The notes: generated by a model from the sequence alone, not told the origin. Numbered from the stretch's first letter, positions 29,257-40,070 are shown. The stretch: DNA of 63,772 nt from Pseudomonadota bacterium (GCA_039179965.1 JBCDEC010000001.1:1-63772), one strand, 5' to 3'. Program-made: numbers and translations.

Positions 29257-29817
29257 ATGCGGTTAGACCACACTCCCTCGCCTCTGCCCGCCTTCGGGCG
29301 TCGTCTGCGCCAGTTGCGGCGGGCGCGCGGGATCAAGCAACTGGCGCTGGCGCAGATGGCCGGCGTCGACCAGACCACAGTGTCACGCTGGGAGGCCGGA
29401 AAGATCCGCCCCGGCCTGCAGACCCAGCGCACCGTGATACAGGCCCTTGCCGCGCAACGGTCCGAAGATCGTGCGCTCAAACGCCTGGTCGAAGATGCCC
29501 GCTCCTCCGTGCATCTGGTGGAAGAGGCGACCCACGTTTGTCTCGCCTATTCCCGCAAACGGGCCGAAGGCTGGCAGGTCAGCCCGCGCGCCATGCTGGG
29601 GATTTCGCTCTGGCCCTTTGCCACGGACGAGATCCGCGCCGCAGAGGCCACTTTGGCGGAGACCGGCTGGTTTGACGACTACGTGCCGGAACCGCGCCAC
29701 TTCCTGACCTCCGCCGGTGCGGACGGGGATATTCGTATCGATGCGGGCCAGGTCACCTGGGAGCGGGTCTACCTGTCTGACGGGACCCCGGCCCGGCTGG
29801 TCAGCGGGTCGCGCTGA
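29257..29817 (+). CDS. XRE-family HTH regulator with PAS-like C-terminal domain
   Basis: LRQLRRARGIKQLALAQMAGVDQTTVSRWEAG; aagga SD. Confidence 0.85.
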   Translation: MRLDHTPSPLPAFGRRLRQLRRARGIKQLALAQMAGVDQTTVSRWEAGKIRPGLQTQRTVIQALAAQRSEDRALKRLVEDARSSVHLVEEATHVCLAYSRKRAEGWQVSPRAMLGISLWPFATDEIRAAEATLAETGWFDDYVPEPRHFLTSAGADGDIRIDAGQVTWERVYLSDGTPARLVSGSR

Positions 29818-29880
29818 GCGCCGCGTTGCACGCATATTTTAGGCGTGGCCGATTGCGGATGGCTTGGGTAGGCACGCGAT

Positions 29881-31110
29881 ATGGCCCATTTCCGTCTCGC
29901 CTTTGTCTTGATTGTCCTGCTCTGGATCGCCGGGCTGGCGGCCGCCGGGCAGTTCTCCAAGGTCACCCTGCCCTTTGCGGAGTTGCGGGCGATCTACGCC
30001 GGGTCGGGCAATCATATCGGCTGGCTCTTATCGATCATCAGCCTGCTCGGCGCGCTCTTCGGTGCGGTCGCCGGTGCCCTTGTCGGTGGGCTGGGCCCGC
30101 GCCGGGTGCTGATCTTCGGGCTGGCCACCGGCGGCGCGATATCCCTGTGGCAGGCGCTCTTGCCCGCCTATCCGCTTATGCTCGCCAGCCGAGTGGTCGA
30201 AGGCGTGTCGCATCTGGCGATCGTGGTCGCGGCCCCCACACTGATCGTTCAAATCAGCCCGGACCGCGCACGCGGCGCGGCGATGGCCCTGTGGAGCACC
30301 TTCTTTGGTGCCGCCTTTATCCTGACGGCCTGGATCGGCCCGCCGCTGGTGCGCCAGTTCGGCGTCGGGGGTCTGTTTGCCGGCCATGGCGCGCTGATGC
30401 TGGGCATGGCGGTCGTGCTCGGGGTGCTGTTGCACCGCCATCTGTCCGCCGGTCCGGACGCCAAGGCGCACGACGGCCCGGAGCCATCCGTGGCCCTGCG
30501 ACCGGCAAAGGTTCTGGCGCAACTGGCCCATACCATCCGCTCCCCCGCGATTTCGGCCCCCGGCGTCGGCTGGGTGTTTTACACGATGAGTTTCGTCTCT
30601 ATGTTCGCCCTCTTGCCGGATCTGCTGCCGCCCGAAAGCCGGGCCCGTGCGGTGGCGACCTGGCCCGTGATAACGACGGCCGTCGCTCTCATTGGCCTGC
30701 CCTTGTTGCTGCGCGCGGTGTCGGGCAGCGTGCTTTACATGGTTGGCTTTGCCGGGGCAGCGCTGACCGTGGGCTGGGCCCTGGCCAGTGTGTTGGGCGG
30801 GACCGAGCCGTCCTGGATGACCTTTTCACTGGCCCTGTTCCTGTGGCTGGGGCTGATCCAGGGCTCCGCCTTCGCCAGCGTGCCCGAGCTCAATACCACG
30901 CCGGATGACCAGGCCCTGGCCTACGGGCTTCTGGCGCAGACCGGCAACATCGGCAATCTGACCGGCACGCCTCTCTTCCTGCTGGTGTTGGCGACGGGCG
31001 GGCCAACAGCGCTGCTGGCCGGGTTGACCGGCATCTATCTGATGGCCCTCGTCGCGCTCTGGCACTTGCGGCGAAAGCGCCTGGCGCGGCCACCGGTCGC
31101 CCAGGCCTGA
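29881..31110 (+). CDS. MFS transporter
   Basis: ~12 hydrophobic segments; motif A-like GALVGGLGPRR; RVVEG. Confidence 0.88.
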   Translation: MAHFRLAFVLIVLLWIAGLAAAGQFSKVTLPFAELRAIYAGSGNHIGWLLSIISLLGALFGAVAGALVGGLGPRRVLIFGLATGGAISLWQALLPAYPLMLASRVVEGVSHLAIVVAAPTLIVQISPDRARGAAMALWSTFFGAAFILTAWIGPPLVRQFGVGGLFAGHGALMLGMAVVLGVLLHRHLSAGPDAKAHDGPEPSVALRPAKVLAQLAHTIRSPAISAPGVGWVFYTMSFVSMFALLPDLLPPESRARAVATWPVITTAVALIGLPLLLRAVSGSVLYMVGFAGAALTVGWALASVLGGTEPSWMTFSLALFLWLGLIQGSAFASVPELNTTPDDQALAYGLLAQTGNIGNLTGTPLFLLVLATGGPTALLAGLTGIYLMALVALWHLRRKRLARPPVAQA

Positions 31111-31204
31111 TCCTGACCTGACACAACCCAGGGGATTTACGGTCGCGCCGCCCGTCTGGCGTGATATAGGGGGCCTCAAAGAAAGTCGTGGAAGGACGAT
31201 CCCA

Positions 31205-31747
31205 ATGAAAGATTGGCTCAAATGGTTGTTGCTGGGCGCGCTCTCAGTGGTTTTCGGTGTAATTGTGCTGGGCAATGCGGTGGTGGCGTCGCTGGCGCTC
31301 ACCACAATCACAGGTATTCTGTTTCTGGTGTCTGGCGGGTTTCAGATCGTGGCCGGATTTTCCGCCGAAAGCACGGGGCAAAAGATCTTTGCCATCGTTC
31401 TGGGCGCGCTGATGGTGATCCTTGGGATCTCGTTCATCACCAATCCGCTGGAAGGCACCATTTCGCTGGCATTGCTGGTGCTCATCCTTCTGGCCGCCGG
31501 CGGCATTGTACGGATCATTTTCGCGCGGCGCATGAAGGACACGCAGTTTTATTGGCCAATGCTGATTTCCGGCGCGCTGTCGATCTTGCTTGCGATTTAC
31601 ATCCTGGCCAATTTCGCCGCCGCCGCGCCGGAGCTTTTGGGTCTGCTCCTCGGAATCGAGCTGATCTTCAACGGCGCCGGGCTGGTGGTACTGGCCTTTT
31701 TCCTGCGCACCCTGGGAAACAAGATCGACACCGCCGCGAAGGGCTGA
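31205..31747 (+). CDS. HdeD/DUF308 family membrane protein
   Basis: Two repeats of GALS(V/I)..G(V/I) hydrophobic hairpins; six TMs. Confidence 0.8.
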   Translation: MKDWLKWLLLGALSVVFGVIVLGNAVVASLALTTITGILFLVSGGFQIVAGFSAESTGQKIFAIVLGALMVILGISFITNPLEGTISLALLVLILLAAGGIVRIIFARRMKDTQFYWPMLISGALSILLAIYILANFAAAAPELLGLLLGIELIFNGAGLVVLAFFLRTLGNKIDTAAKG

Positions 31748-31804
31748 GCCCTCGCCGGAGTGCGGCGGGCGCATCGCGCCCGCTGCGTATTGTCGGTCAG
31801 CCCG

Positions 31805-32080
31805 TCACGCGGGCGATATCATGCACATAAAGGGCTGGTGGTCGCCGCTGCGGAACTTCAGCTCTCCCAGGACCGTCACGACCGTTGCCTTTTCACTCTT
31901 CAGCGCGGCGTTCACCTCATAGTCGATGTGGCCGATGTTGCTCGCACTGTCCAGGTGCTCCATCAGAACCCGCAGCACGGACATGGGCGAGCGGTCCATG
32001 AGATCCTCGGGGCCATCAAAACTCACAACCCGCTGCCCATCGCGATTGCCGTGCATGATGGTCGCGCCGTACTTTGCCAT
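31805..32080 (-). CDS. Small hypothetical protein
   Basis: Protein-like composition and GC3-rich codons. Confidence 0.7.
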   Translation of the reverse strand: MAKYGATIMHGNRDGQRVVSFDGPEDLMDRSPMSVLRVLMEHLDSASNIGHIDYEVNAALKSEKATVVTVLGELKFRSGDHQPFMCMISPA

Positions 32081-32228
32081 AACCCTGGTCCTTTTCATAA
32101 AGTCTGCCCACGGCGGCCGTGGCTGAGACAGCTATAGGCTGTGTTTCTAACGGCTTTGCAACAAACGGCGCCTCTTGCCTGTTCGGGGACGGCATGGTTT
32201 AGAGGCGCAGCTAAAACGGAGGCCCATC

Positions 32229-32834
32229 ATGGACAAGTTCACGACCCTCACCGGAATCGCCGCGCCGCTGCCGCTGATCAACATCGACACCGATATGATC
32301 ATCCCGAAGCAGTTTCTGAAGACGATCAAGCGCTCCGGTCTGGGCAAGAACCTGTTTGATGAGATGCGCTTTACCCAGGACGGGGAAGAGATCCCCGACT
32401 TTATCCTGAACCAGCCGGCCTATCGCGAGGCCGAGATCATCGTGGCCGGCGAAAACTTTGGCTGCGGGTCAAGCCGTGAACATGCGCCCTGGGCCATCAA
32501 GGATTTTGGCATCCACTGCGTGATTGCGCCGAGCTTTGCCGACATCTTCTACAACAATTGCTTCAAGAACGGCATTCTGCCTATCGCGCTGCCGCAGGAG
32601 CAGGTGGATATCCTGATGAAGGATGCCGAGAACGGCGCCAATGCACGCATGACCGTGGATCTCGAAGCCCAGACGGTCACGACGTCTGACGGGACGGTCA
32701 TCAGCTTTGAGATCGACCCGTTCCGCAAGCGCTGCCTTCTCGAAGGTCTCGATGATATTGGCCTCTCGCTGGAAAAAGTGTCCTCCATCGATGCCTTTGA
32801 GGCGCAGGCGGGCTCGGTCCGGCCCTGGGTCTGA
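32229..32834 (+). CDS. leuD: 3-isopropylmalate dehydratase small subunit
   Basis: [42 protein letters not shown]. Confidence 0.98.
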   Translation: MDKFTTLTGIAAPLPLINIDTDMIIPKQFLKTIKRSGLGKNLFDEMRFTQDGEEIPDFILNQPAYREAEIIVAGENFGCGSSREHAPWAIKDFGIHCVIAPSFADIFYNNCFKNGILPIALPQEQVDILMKDAENGANARMTVDLEAQTVTTSDGTVISFEIDPFRKRCLLEGLDDIGLSLEKVSSIDAFEAQAGSVRPWV

Positions 32835-33161
32835 ACCGGATCATTCGCTCAAAGTGTTAACATCAACGCGCGAGGCCGGAGCTGGCCTCGTGCTCCGTCT
32901 TGCGGTCACCAGGGGCTGAGCCCCAAGATGTTGTGATCCCTTGTCTTTTTGCCTTATTTCGCTGCGGATTTGATGCAAAGACGCACCAGTTTGTTCATGG
33001 ATTTGCCTCAAATCCTAACTCTAATGGCCTCACATCTTGAGCGATTGCCGCAAGCCCTGCACAAATGAGGCAAGAATGAGGCAGTCGGTCATCAAGGCTG
33101 AGCAAATTGGAACAATGGAACGGCAGAGTACCGGTCCAGTCCATTGAAAAGGGATCGTACC

Positions 33162-33995
33162 GTGGTCGCACGTGTAACGGGCGCGTTGATGCGCGCATTT
33201 CTGGTCAGTATGCTGGTGGCGACGCCAGCGCTTTTGATGCCGCCGCAGGCTGGCAACGCGACTGAGATCGTCCTGCTGATCGCCATTCTGGCCGCAACGC
33301 TGACATTCATCGAATACACCACGACCTATCCAAGCCTTGTCGAATTCCGCGACGCACCGCCGATCAACCGGCTGCGTTTTTTCTCATTGTTCTTCACCGC
33401 GTTCTTCGTGACCGTGATCTTCAACAATGTCGTGGCGCCGACGAGCCTTTCGGCCGTTGTCGACCGGCTGGGTGACATGATCGGAAGAGCGCTCGACTTT
33501 CCGTTTTCGCCGGTTCACCTGGCCATCCTGATGTTGCCCCCCGATGCCACGGGGCTGATGGTCGATCTGACGCGCAGTGCCGCCGGGCTGGCCTATGTGA
33601 CCTCGCTGGTCACGATCGGTGTGTTTTTCATCATCGTCCGCCTGACCGGCTGGCCGGCCAACACGGGCGTGTTCAACGTCTGGATCAACCTGCCGCTCTT
33701 TGACCCGACAACCGGTGGCGACGTCATCCTGCGGTTGCAGCGCGATGCCCGCGTCAACATCGTGTTCGGCGCGCTGGCGCCTTTCCTTTTGCCCGCACTG
33801 GTGACGATTGCGTCGACGATGACCGGGCCGCTGATGTCCAGCAATCCCAACGTGATCATCTGGGTGCTGAGCGCCTGGGCGTTTCTGCCGGCCTCCATGA
33901 TCATTCGCGGCATTGCCATGGTGCGTATTGCTGAACTGATCGAAGACAAACGTCGGCGCACCTACGCCAGCGCCGAGGACATGCAGACCGCATGA
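33162..33995 (+). CDS. Hypothetical membrane protein
   Basis: Multiple TMs; EFRDAPPINR and FNVWINLPLFDPTTGGD; stop overlaps next start (ATGA). Confidence 0.8.
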   Translation: MVARVTGALMRAFLVSMLVATPALLMPPQAGNATEIVLLIAILAATLTFIEYTTTYPSLVEFRDAPPINRLRFFSLFFTAFFVTVIFNNVVAPTSLSAVVDRLGDMIGRALDFPFSPVHLAILMLPPDATGLMVDLTRSAAGLAYVTSLVTIGVFFIIVRLTGWPANTGVFNVWINLPLFDPTTGGDVILRLQRDARVNIVFGALAPFLLPALVTIASTMTGPLMSSNPNVIIWVLSAWAFLPASMIIRGIAMVRIAELIEDKRRRTYASAEDMQTA

Positions 33996-35086
33996 TCCGT
34001 GGGGCTGTCCTGGCCGCAGCGCTGTGGATTGCCCCTGCCGTTGCCCCTGCCGTTGCCCTTGCGGCCGAGGGGCGTTTGCGCGTGGCCGTCTTCGATGTCG
34101 AATTGCGCCGCGACGGACCCGGCCTGCTGCTGCGCGACATCCAACGAAACGACCCGCAGGTCAGCGCGGCGGTCGAAATCATTTCCGCGGTGAAGCCGGA
34201 TATCCTCGCCCTCTTGAGCTTTGACTGGGACTACGACGGAGCGGCGCTGGCCGCCCTGACCGATCGTCTGGCAGCGCAGGGCCAGTCCTATCCTTATGTC
34301 TTTTCGGCCCGGCCCAACAGCGGCCTCGCCAGCCCGCTCGACCTGGACGGTGACGGGCGCAGCGGCGGGCCGGGCGATGCCCAGGGTTTCGGCGCCTTCA
34401 CCGGGCAGAACGGGCTTGCGGTGCTGTCGGTCCATCCGATCCTTGACGACGAGGTTTCGGATTTCTCACCGCTGCTGTGGCGCGATCTGCCGGGGGCGCT
34501 GTTGCCAAAGCACCCGGACGGACGGCCCTTCCCCTCCGAGGCCGCGCAGGCCGCCCAGCGCCTGTCGAGCACCACCCACTGGGTGGTGCCTGTTGCCTTG
34601 CCCGGCGGCGAGACGGTCTCGATCCTGACGTTTCATGCCACACCGCCGGTTTTTGACGGCGCCGAGGACCGCAACGGGCGGCGCAACCATGATGAGGTGG
34701 TCTTTTGGCGCCACTATCTCGACGGCGCCTTCGGGCCGGTGCCGGAGCGCTTCGTGTTGGCCGGTGGCGCCAACCTGGACCCGTTCGACAGCGACGGACG
34801 GCTGGACGCGATCCGCACGCTGCTCGCTGATCCGAGGCTGGTGGACACCGCCCCGGAAAGCCCCGGTGGACGGGCCGGCGCGGCGCAGTCCCATCAAGGG
34901 CCGGCCGCGCAGGATACGGTGGACTGGGGGTTTGGCCGGTTTAGGGTGGACTACGTTCTGCCATCCGCCAACTGGCGCGTCCTGGATAGCGGTGTGGTCT
35001 GGCCGGATTCCGGTGCGCCACTGGCCGAGGCCGCACAAACGGCCAGCCGGCACGGGCTTGTGTGGGTGGATCTCGCTCTGCCCTGA
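33992..35086 (+). CDS. Endonuclease/exonuclease/phosphatase family protein
   Basis: PDIL, GFG.F.GQ.G, HATPPVFDG, RNHDE, RVDYVLPS, SRHGLVWVD; several canonical acidic/Asn residues are replaced. Confidence 0.8.
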   Translation: MIRGAVLAAALWIAPAVAPAVALAAEGRLRVAVFDVELRRDGPGLLLRDIQRNDPQVSAAVEIISAVKPDILALLSFDWDYDGAALAALTDRLAAQGQSYPYVFSARPNSGLASPLDLDGDGRSGGPGDAQGFGAFTGQNGLAVLSVHPILDDEVSDFSPLLWRDLPGALLPKHPDGRPFPSEAAQAAQRLSSTTHWVVPVALPGGETVSILTFHATPPVFDGAEDRNGRRNHDEVVFWRHYLDGAFGPVPERFVLAGGANLDPFDSDGRLDAIRTLLADPRLVDTAPESPGGRAGAAQSHQGPAAQDTVDWGFGRFRVDYVLPSANWRVLDSGVVWPDSGAPLAEAAQTASRHGLVWVDLALP

Positions 35087-35111
35087 CGGCATCGGCCTTG
35101 GGTGCGGATGT

Positions 35112-35144
35112 GCCGGGGTATTTGGAAAAAGAAAGAAGCAGCAG
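35112..35144. repeat. 33-bp dispersed intergenic repeat, copy 2
   Basis: Identical to 1174-1206. Confidence 0.9.
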
Positions 35145-35166
35145 GGCCGGTCTGTCCCCCCAAGGT

Positions 35167-36027
35167 TCAGAGATCCCGGATGGCACTTGCCAGTGCGGTT
35201 TCAACCGGCGTGTCGGCCAGATCCGGGCAAAGCGCGCGATAGGCGCTTCCGTCCAGCCAGTGCGGCGTCGTCCAGAGATAGCGCATCTCGAGAATATGTC
35301 TGGCCAGCGGCCAGACCGGGCGGGCCAGTGACAGGCCCCACCAGGCAAAGCGCTTGATCTTGATGCGCTTGCCCGTGATGGCGCCGAGATGGTCGGCCAT
35401 CTCGCGTCCCGTCAGCGTGTATCCGGGGAAGGGCAGGTCGAGATAGGGCGGCAATGCGGCGGACCTGCCGGCAAGATCGACCATGGCCCGGGCAAGATCC
35501 GGCAGATAGGCCCAGGCATGGGGCGTGTCGAGATCGCCGGGATAGGTGAAGTGACCGCGCCGGATCCTGGCCGCGAGGATCTGATCGAACCAGTTGCCGG
35601 AGGCCTGCGTGTCAAGGAAGTCGCCGGCACGCAGCAGGATCGTGCGGGCGCCGGAGCGGCGGTAGCTCTGCTCCATCTCGATCCGCAGCCGGCCCAGCGG
35701 GTTTTGCGCGGCATGCGGGCTGGTGGCGGACCAGGGCGCGGGCGTGGCCGGTCCGTAGACATAGACGTTCCCGGGCAGGATCACCGGAATATCGGCGGCC
35801 AGGGCGGCCTCCTGCACGCGGGCGTGCAGATCCGGCATCAGCGCGGCCCAGTCGGGATAGGCCGGGTTCCAGCCGTTGACGATGATCCCGGCGCGGCGCG
35901 CCTGTCCCATCAGATCATCCGTGCGCCGGTCGAAGCGGTTGATGGTCCATCCGGCCTTGGCAAACGCCTCTGCCGCGTGGCGGCCCAGACGCCCGCTGGC
36001 GCCAAGGATCAGGGCGGTTCGTGTCAT
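35167..36027 (-). CDS. NAD-dependent epimerase/dehydratase (atypical SDR)
   Basis: ILGASGRLG Rossmann motif, PGNVYVYG, RAGDF, WAYLPD. Confidence 0.85.
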   Translation of the reverse strand: MTRTALILGASGRLGRHAAEAFAKAGWTINRFDRRTDDLMGQARRAGIIVNGWNPAYPDWAALMPDLHARVQEAALAADIPVILPGNVYVYGPATPAPWSATSPHAAQNPLGRLRIEMEQSYRRSGARTILLRAGDFLDTQASGNWFDQILAARIRRGHFTYPGDLDTPHAWAYLPDLARAMVDLAGRSAALPPYLDLPFPGYTLTGREMADHLGAITGKRIKIKRFAWWGLSLARPVWPLARHILEMRYLWTTPHWLDGSAYRALCPDLADTPVETALASAIRDL

Positions 36028-36123
36028 GTGGTCCTCCGTCAATGCGATGTCGTGAACACCATATGGGTCACCCGCCAGCGCCAGTGAATTGCATAAATAT
36101 GACGGTCTGCTATTCGTATCTGA

Positions 36124-37029
36124 ATGGCAGATGCGGATGTCTTGCAGGACTGGACACTGGTGCAGAGTTTTCTGGCCGTGGCTGAGACGGGCTCTCTGTC
36201 CGCCGCGGCAAAGACCCTCGGGCGGTCCCAGCCCACGCTCGGCCGGCAGATCCAGACGCTGGAGGCCGCCCTGGGGGCCAGTCTTTTTGAACGTCATGCG
36301 CGCGGTTTGCGGGTGAGCCCGACCGGGATCAGCCTGCTGCCCCATGCCCGGACCATGCGGGCGGCCCTGCACAGCCTGTCGCTGGCCGCGGCAGAGCAGG
36401 CCGGCGCACTGGCCGGCACCGTGCGTCTGACCGCGAGCCTGTTCCTGTCGCACTACGTCCTGCCGCCGGTTCTGGCGGAGATCCGGGCGCAGGCCCCGGA
36501 GATCGATCTGGAGCTACTGGCGTCCGATGACAGCGAAAGCCTGCATTTCCAGAAGGCCGACATCGCGTTGCGGATGTATCGGCCCGACCAACTGGATCTG
36601 GTGACCCGCCACCTTGCGGAGATCGAGATCGCCGCCTTTGCCGCGACCTCCTATCTGGACCGGCGCGGACGCCCGGACTCCGAGCAGGCGCTGCGGGACC
36701 ACGATCTGATCGGGTTCGACCAAAACCCGCTGATCCGCGACATGATGCGCGCGCGCGGGCTGGAGATGGCGCGCAAGGACTTTGCCGTGCGCTGTGACAA
36801 TCAGGCGACCTACCTGGCGTTGCTGCAGGCCGGCTGCGGGATCGGATTCACTCAGGTGCCGGTGGGACGCATGACTCCCGGGCTCGAACAGCTCGACCTG
36901 GCCCTGGGCGTTCCGCCCTTGCCGCTTTGGATTGCGGCGCATGAGAAGATGCGGATGACACCGAGGATCCGCAAAGTCTGGGATCTGCTGGTGCAAGACC
37001 TGCCCGCGCGCTGCACGCAGCGGGACTGA
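36124..37029 (+). CDS. LysR family regulator, divergent from the epimerase
   Basis: FLAVAETGSLSAAA..LGRSQPTLGRQI..LE..LG..LFER; T-N11-A at 36090-36102. Confidence 0.93.
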   Translation: MADADVLQDWTLVQSFLAVAETGSLSAAAKTLGRSQPTLGRQIQTLEAALGASLFERHARGLRVSPTGISLLPHARTMRAALHSLSLAAAEQAGALAGTVRLTASLFLSHYVLPPVLAEIRAQAPEIDLELLASDDSESLHFQKADIALRMYRPDQLDLVTRHLAEIEIAAFAATSYLDRRGRPDSEQALRDHDLIGFDQNPLIRDMMRARGLEMARKDFAVRCDNQATYLALLQAGCGIGFTQVPVGRMTPGLEQLDLALGVPPLPLWIAAHEKMRMTPRIRKVWDLLVQDLPARCTQRD

Positions 37030-37114
37030 TCGTCGCCGGCCCCGATGCGGTCGAGTTGACGCTCGCCGCCCGGGCAGGTAGCTGAGGCGCGTTGTCTTTC
37101 AGGAAGGTCCCACC

Positions 37115-38218
37115 ATGCCCAATCCGTCTATCCTTATCTTGCCCGGCGACGGGATCGGCCCAGAGGTGATGGCCGAAGTCCGTCGTGTGATCTCCTGGTT
37201 CGGTGAAAACCGCGGGCTGAGCTTTGATGTCAGCGAGGATCTGGTAGGCGGCGCGGCCTATGACGCACATGGCACACCGTTGACCGATGCGACCATGGAC
37301 AAGGCTCAATCGGTCGATGCTGTCTTGCTGGGCGCCGTTGGCGGCCCGAAGTACGACGTGCTGGATTTTTCGGTCAAGCCCGAGCGCGGCCTGCTGCGCC
37401 TGCGCAAGGAGATGGATCTTTATGCCAACCTGCGCCCCGCACAATGTTTCGATGCGCTGGCCGACTTCTCGTCACTCAAGACCGAAGTGGTCGCCGGACT
37501 GGACATCGTCATTGTCCGCGAACTGACCAGCGGGGTCTATTTCGGAGAACCGCGCGGGATCATCGAGGAAGGCAATGAGCGCGTCGGCATCAACACCCAG
37601 CGCTACACCGAAAGCGAAATCGACCGGGTGGCCCGGTCGGCCTTTGAACTGGCCCTGCGGCGGAACAAGAAGCTCTGCTCGATGGAAAAAGCCAATGTGA
37701 TGGAATCCGGCGTGCTCTGGCGCGAGGTCGTCACCGAAGTCGGCCAGGATTACCCGGACGTCGAGCTGACCCATATGTACGCTGACGCCGGGGCCATGCA
37801 GCTGACCCGCTGGCCCAAGCAGTTCGATGTCATTGTCACCGACAACCTCTTTGGCGATATGCTGTCCGATCTCGCGGCGATGCTGACCGGTTCGCTGGGT
37901 ATGCTGCCCTCTGCCAGCCTGGGCGCGCCGATGTCGAATGGTCGGCCCAAGGCGCTTTACGAACCCGTGCACGGCTCGGCGCCCGACATCGCCGGCCAGG
38001 GCAAGGCCAATCCGATTGCCTGTATCCTGAGCTTTGCCATGGCACTGCGCTATTCCTTCGATGCCGGCGCGGAGGCCGACCGGCTGGAAGCGGCCATCGA
38101 AACCGTGCTGGCCCAGGGTCTGCGCACCGCGGACCTGCTGGGCGAAGAGGGCGTGGCGCCGGTCACGACCACGGAAATGGGCGATGCGATCCTGGCGGTT
38201 CTGGATGCGTCTCTCTGA
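37115..38218 (+). CDS. leuB: 3-isopropylmalate dehydrogenase
   Basis: [49 protein letters not shown]. Confidence 0.98.
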   Translation: MPNPSILILPGDGIGPEVMAEVRRVISWFGENRGLSFDVSEDLVGGAAYDAHGTPLTDATMDKAQSVDAVLLGAVGGPKYDVLDFSVKPERGLLRLRKEMDLYANLRPAQCFDALADFSSLKTEVVAGLDIVIVRELTSGVYFGEPRGIIEEGNERVGINTQRYTESEIDRVARSAFELALRRNKKLCSMEKANVMESGVLWREVVTEVGQDYPDVELTHMYADAGAMQLTRWPKQFDVIVTDNLFGDMLSDLAAMLTGSLGMLPSASLGAPMSNGRPKALYEPVHGSAPDIAGQGKANPIACILSFAMALRYSFDAGAEADRLEAAIETVLAQGLRTADLLGEEGVAPVTTTEMGDAILAVLDASL

Positions 38219-38338
38219 GGGCCGCAATCGGGAAAAAATCGAACTGGAAAAGCGCCTTCCCGGGCGCTATTTCTGGGTGCCCATGCTACCGTTCTGGGCA
38301 GATTCCGGCCGCGTGGCCGGCAACTGGGGGGAAACGAA

Positions 38339-39037
38339 ATGCAACAAAAATTAGCCGCCGAAGCCTTCGGCACGTTTTGGTTGGTGTTCGGAGGCTGTGG
38401 GTCCGCGCTTTTTGCGGCTGGGTTTCCGGAACTGGGCATCGGCTTTGTGGGCGTGTCACTGGCCTTTGGCCTCACCGTCCTGACCATGGTGTATGCGATC
38501 GGGCGGGTCTCGGGCGGACACTTCAATCCGGCGGTGACGCTGGGCCTGGTGATCGCTGGCCGTCATGAGGCCAGCGCGCTTCTGCCCTATTGGGTGGCGC
38601 AGGTTGTCGGTGCGCTGATCGGCGCCGCCTTGCTGTATCTCATTGCCAGCGGGGCCGAAGGCTTCACCACCGCCGATGGCTTTGCCGCCAATGGCTACGG
38701 CGCGCTGTCGCCCGGCGGATACAGTATGACCGCTGGCCTGATCGCCGAGATCGTGCTGACCGCAGGATTTATCTTTGTGATCCTCGGCGCCACGGATTCC
38801 CGGGCACCAGCCGGGTTTGCAGCCATTGCCATCGGGCTGGCGCTGACCCTGATCCACCTGGTCTCGATCCCGATCACCAACACATCCGTCAATCCCGCGC
38901 GCAGCACCTCGCAGGCCATCTTTGCGGGTGGCCCGTATCTGCTCCAGCTCTGGATGTTCTGGGTGGCCCCCCTGATCGGCGGTGCCCTTGGCGCAGTCAT
39001 CTACCGCTTTATTGGCGGTGCAGACGAGGAAGCCTAG
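38339..39037 (+). CDS. aqpZ: Aquaporin Z
   Basis: [33 protein letters not shown]. Confidence 0.96.
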   Translation: MQQKLAAEAFGTFWLVFGGCGSALFAAGFPELGIGFVGVSLAFGLTVLTMVYAIGRVSGGHFNPAVTLGLVIAGRHEASALLPYWVAQVVGALIGAALLYLIASGAEGFTTADGFAANGYGALSPGGYSMTAGLIAEIVLTAGFIFVILGATDSRAPAGFAAIAIGLALTLIHLVSIPITNTSVNPARSTSQAIFAGGPYLLQLWMFWVAPLIGGALGAVIYRFIGGADEEA

Positions 39038-39101
39038 GCCCCCGTCTTGACCTTCCCGGATGATGGCGTTTTGTTAGCGGCAACATCCGGGACTTCTGAA
39101 T

Positions 39102-40070
39102 ATGAGCGACAGCGCAACGTCCAATCTGCGCGGTGCAGTCTTTGCGCTGGCCGCCTTTGCCTTGTTTTCAACGCATGATGTGATCGTCAAGGTGCTGGGC
39201 ATCAGCTACTCGACGTTCCAGATCATCTTCTTCGGCGTTCTCTTCAGCTTTCCGCTGGTGATGCTGATGCTGATGCGCGATCCGACTCAGGGCAATCTGC
39301 GACCCCGTCACCCGTGGTGGACAGCCTTGCGCACGGTCTCGGCCATGATGGCCGGGATCTGTGTCTTCTACGCCTTCACCACCCTGCCGCTTGCGCAGGT
39401 CTATGCCATCATCTTCACCATGCCCCTGATGATCACGGTGCTGTCGATTCCGATCCTCGGGGAATCCGTGGGGATCCACCGCTGGGGCGCCGTGTGCGTG
39501 GGTCTGGCCGGCGTGATCGTGGTGTTGCGCCCGGGTGGCGCGGAGCTGGAGCTTGGCCATCTCGCGGCCCTCACAGGCGCATTCTTTGGTGCTTTGGCCT
39601 CCATCATCGTGCGCAAGATCGGGCATGAAGAGCGCAGCGCCGTCCTGTTGCTTTACCCGATCATGGCGAACTGTCTGGTGATGGCCGCCGTGATGCCCTT
39701 TGTCTATGAACCGCTGGAGCTTGGCGATCTTGGCCTGCAATTCGGCATGGCGGTGTTTGCCTTTGCCGGCGGGATTTGCCTGATCCAGGCCTACAAGGCC
39801 GGCGACGCAGCCATCGTCGCGCCCATGCAGTATTCGCAGATGATCTGGGCCGCGGCCTATGGCGGTCTGTTTTTCGGAGAGGTCCCGGACAGCATCACAT
39901 GGGTCGGCGCCGGGATCATTATCGCATCGGGTCTTTACATCGTGATCCGGGAAAACGTGGCGGGCACCTCGGCGAACCAGCCGGTGGTCAGCACCAAATC
40001 CCGCGTCGGCACTCCGACCACGCCGCGGATCCAGATGCTGCAAAACCTGCTGCGCCGCTCGGCGAAATGA
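39102..40070 (+). CDS. DMT/EamA transporter
   Basis: 10-TM pattern; LPLAQVYAI, LGE, APMQY. Confidence 0.9.
   Translation: MSDSATSNLRGAVFALAAFALFSTHDVIVKVLGISYSTFQIIFFGVLFSFPLVMLMLMRDPTQGNLRPRHPWWTALRTVSAMMAGICVFYAFTTLPLAQVYAIIFTMPLMITVLSIPILGESVGIHRWGAVCVGLAGVIVVLRPGGAELELGHLAALTGAFFGALASIIVRKIGHEERSAVLLLYPIMANCLVMAAVMPFVYEPLELGDLGLQFGMAVFAFAGGICLIQAYKAGDAAIVAPMQYSQMIWAAAYGGLFFGEVPDSITWVGAGIIIASGLYIVIRENVAGTSANQPVVSTKSRVGTPTTPRIQMLQNLLRRSAK

Noticed and set aside
28902-29480. 192-aa minus-strand ORF in the AT-rich islet
   Set aside because: Overlaps the XRE gene antisense and lacks protein-like features.
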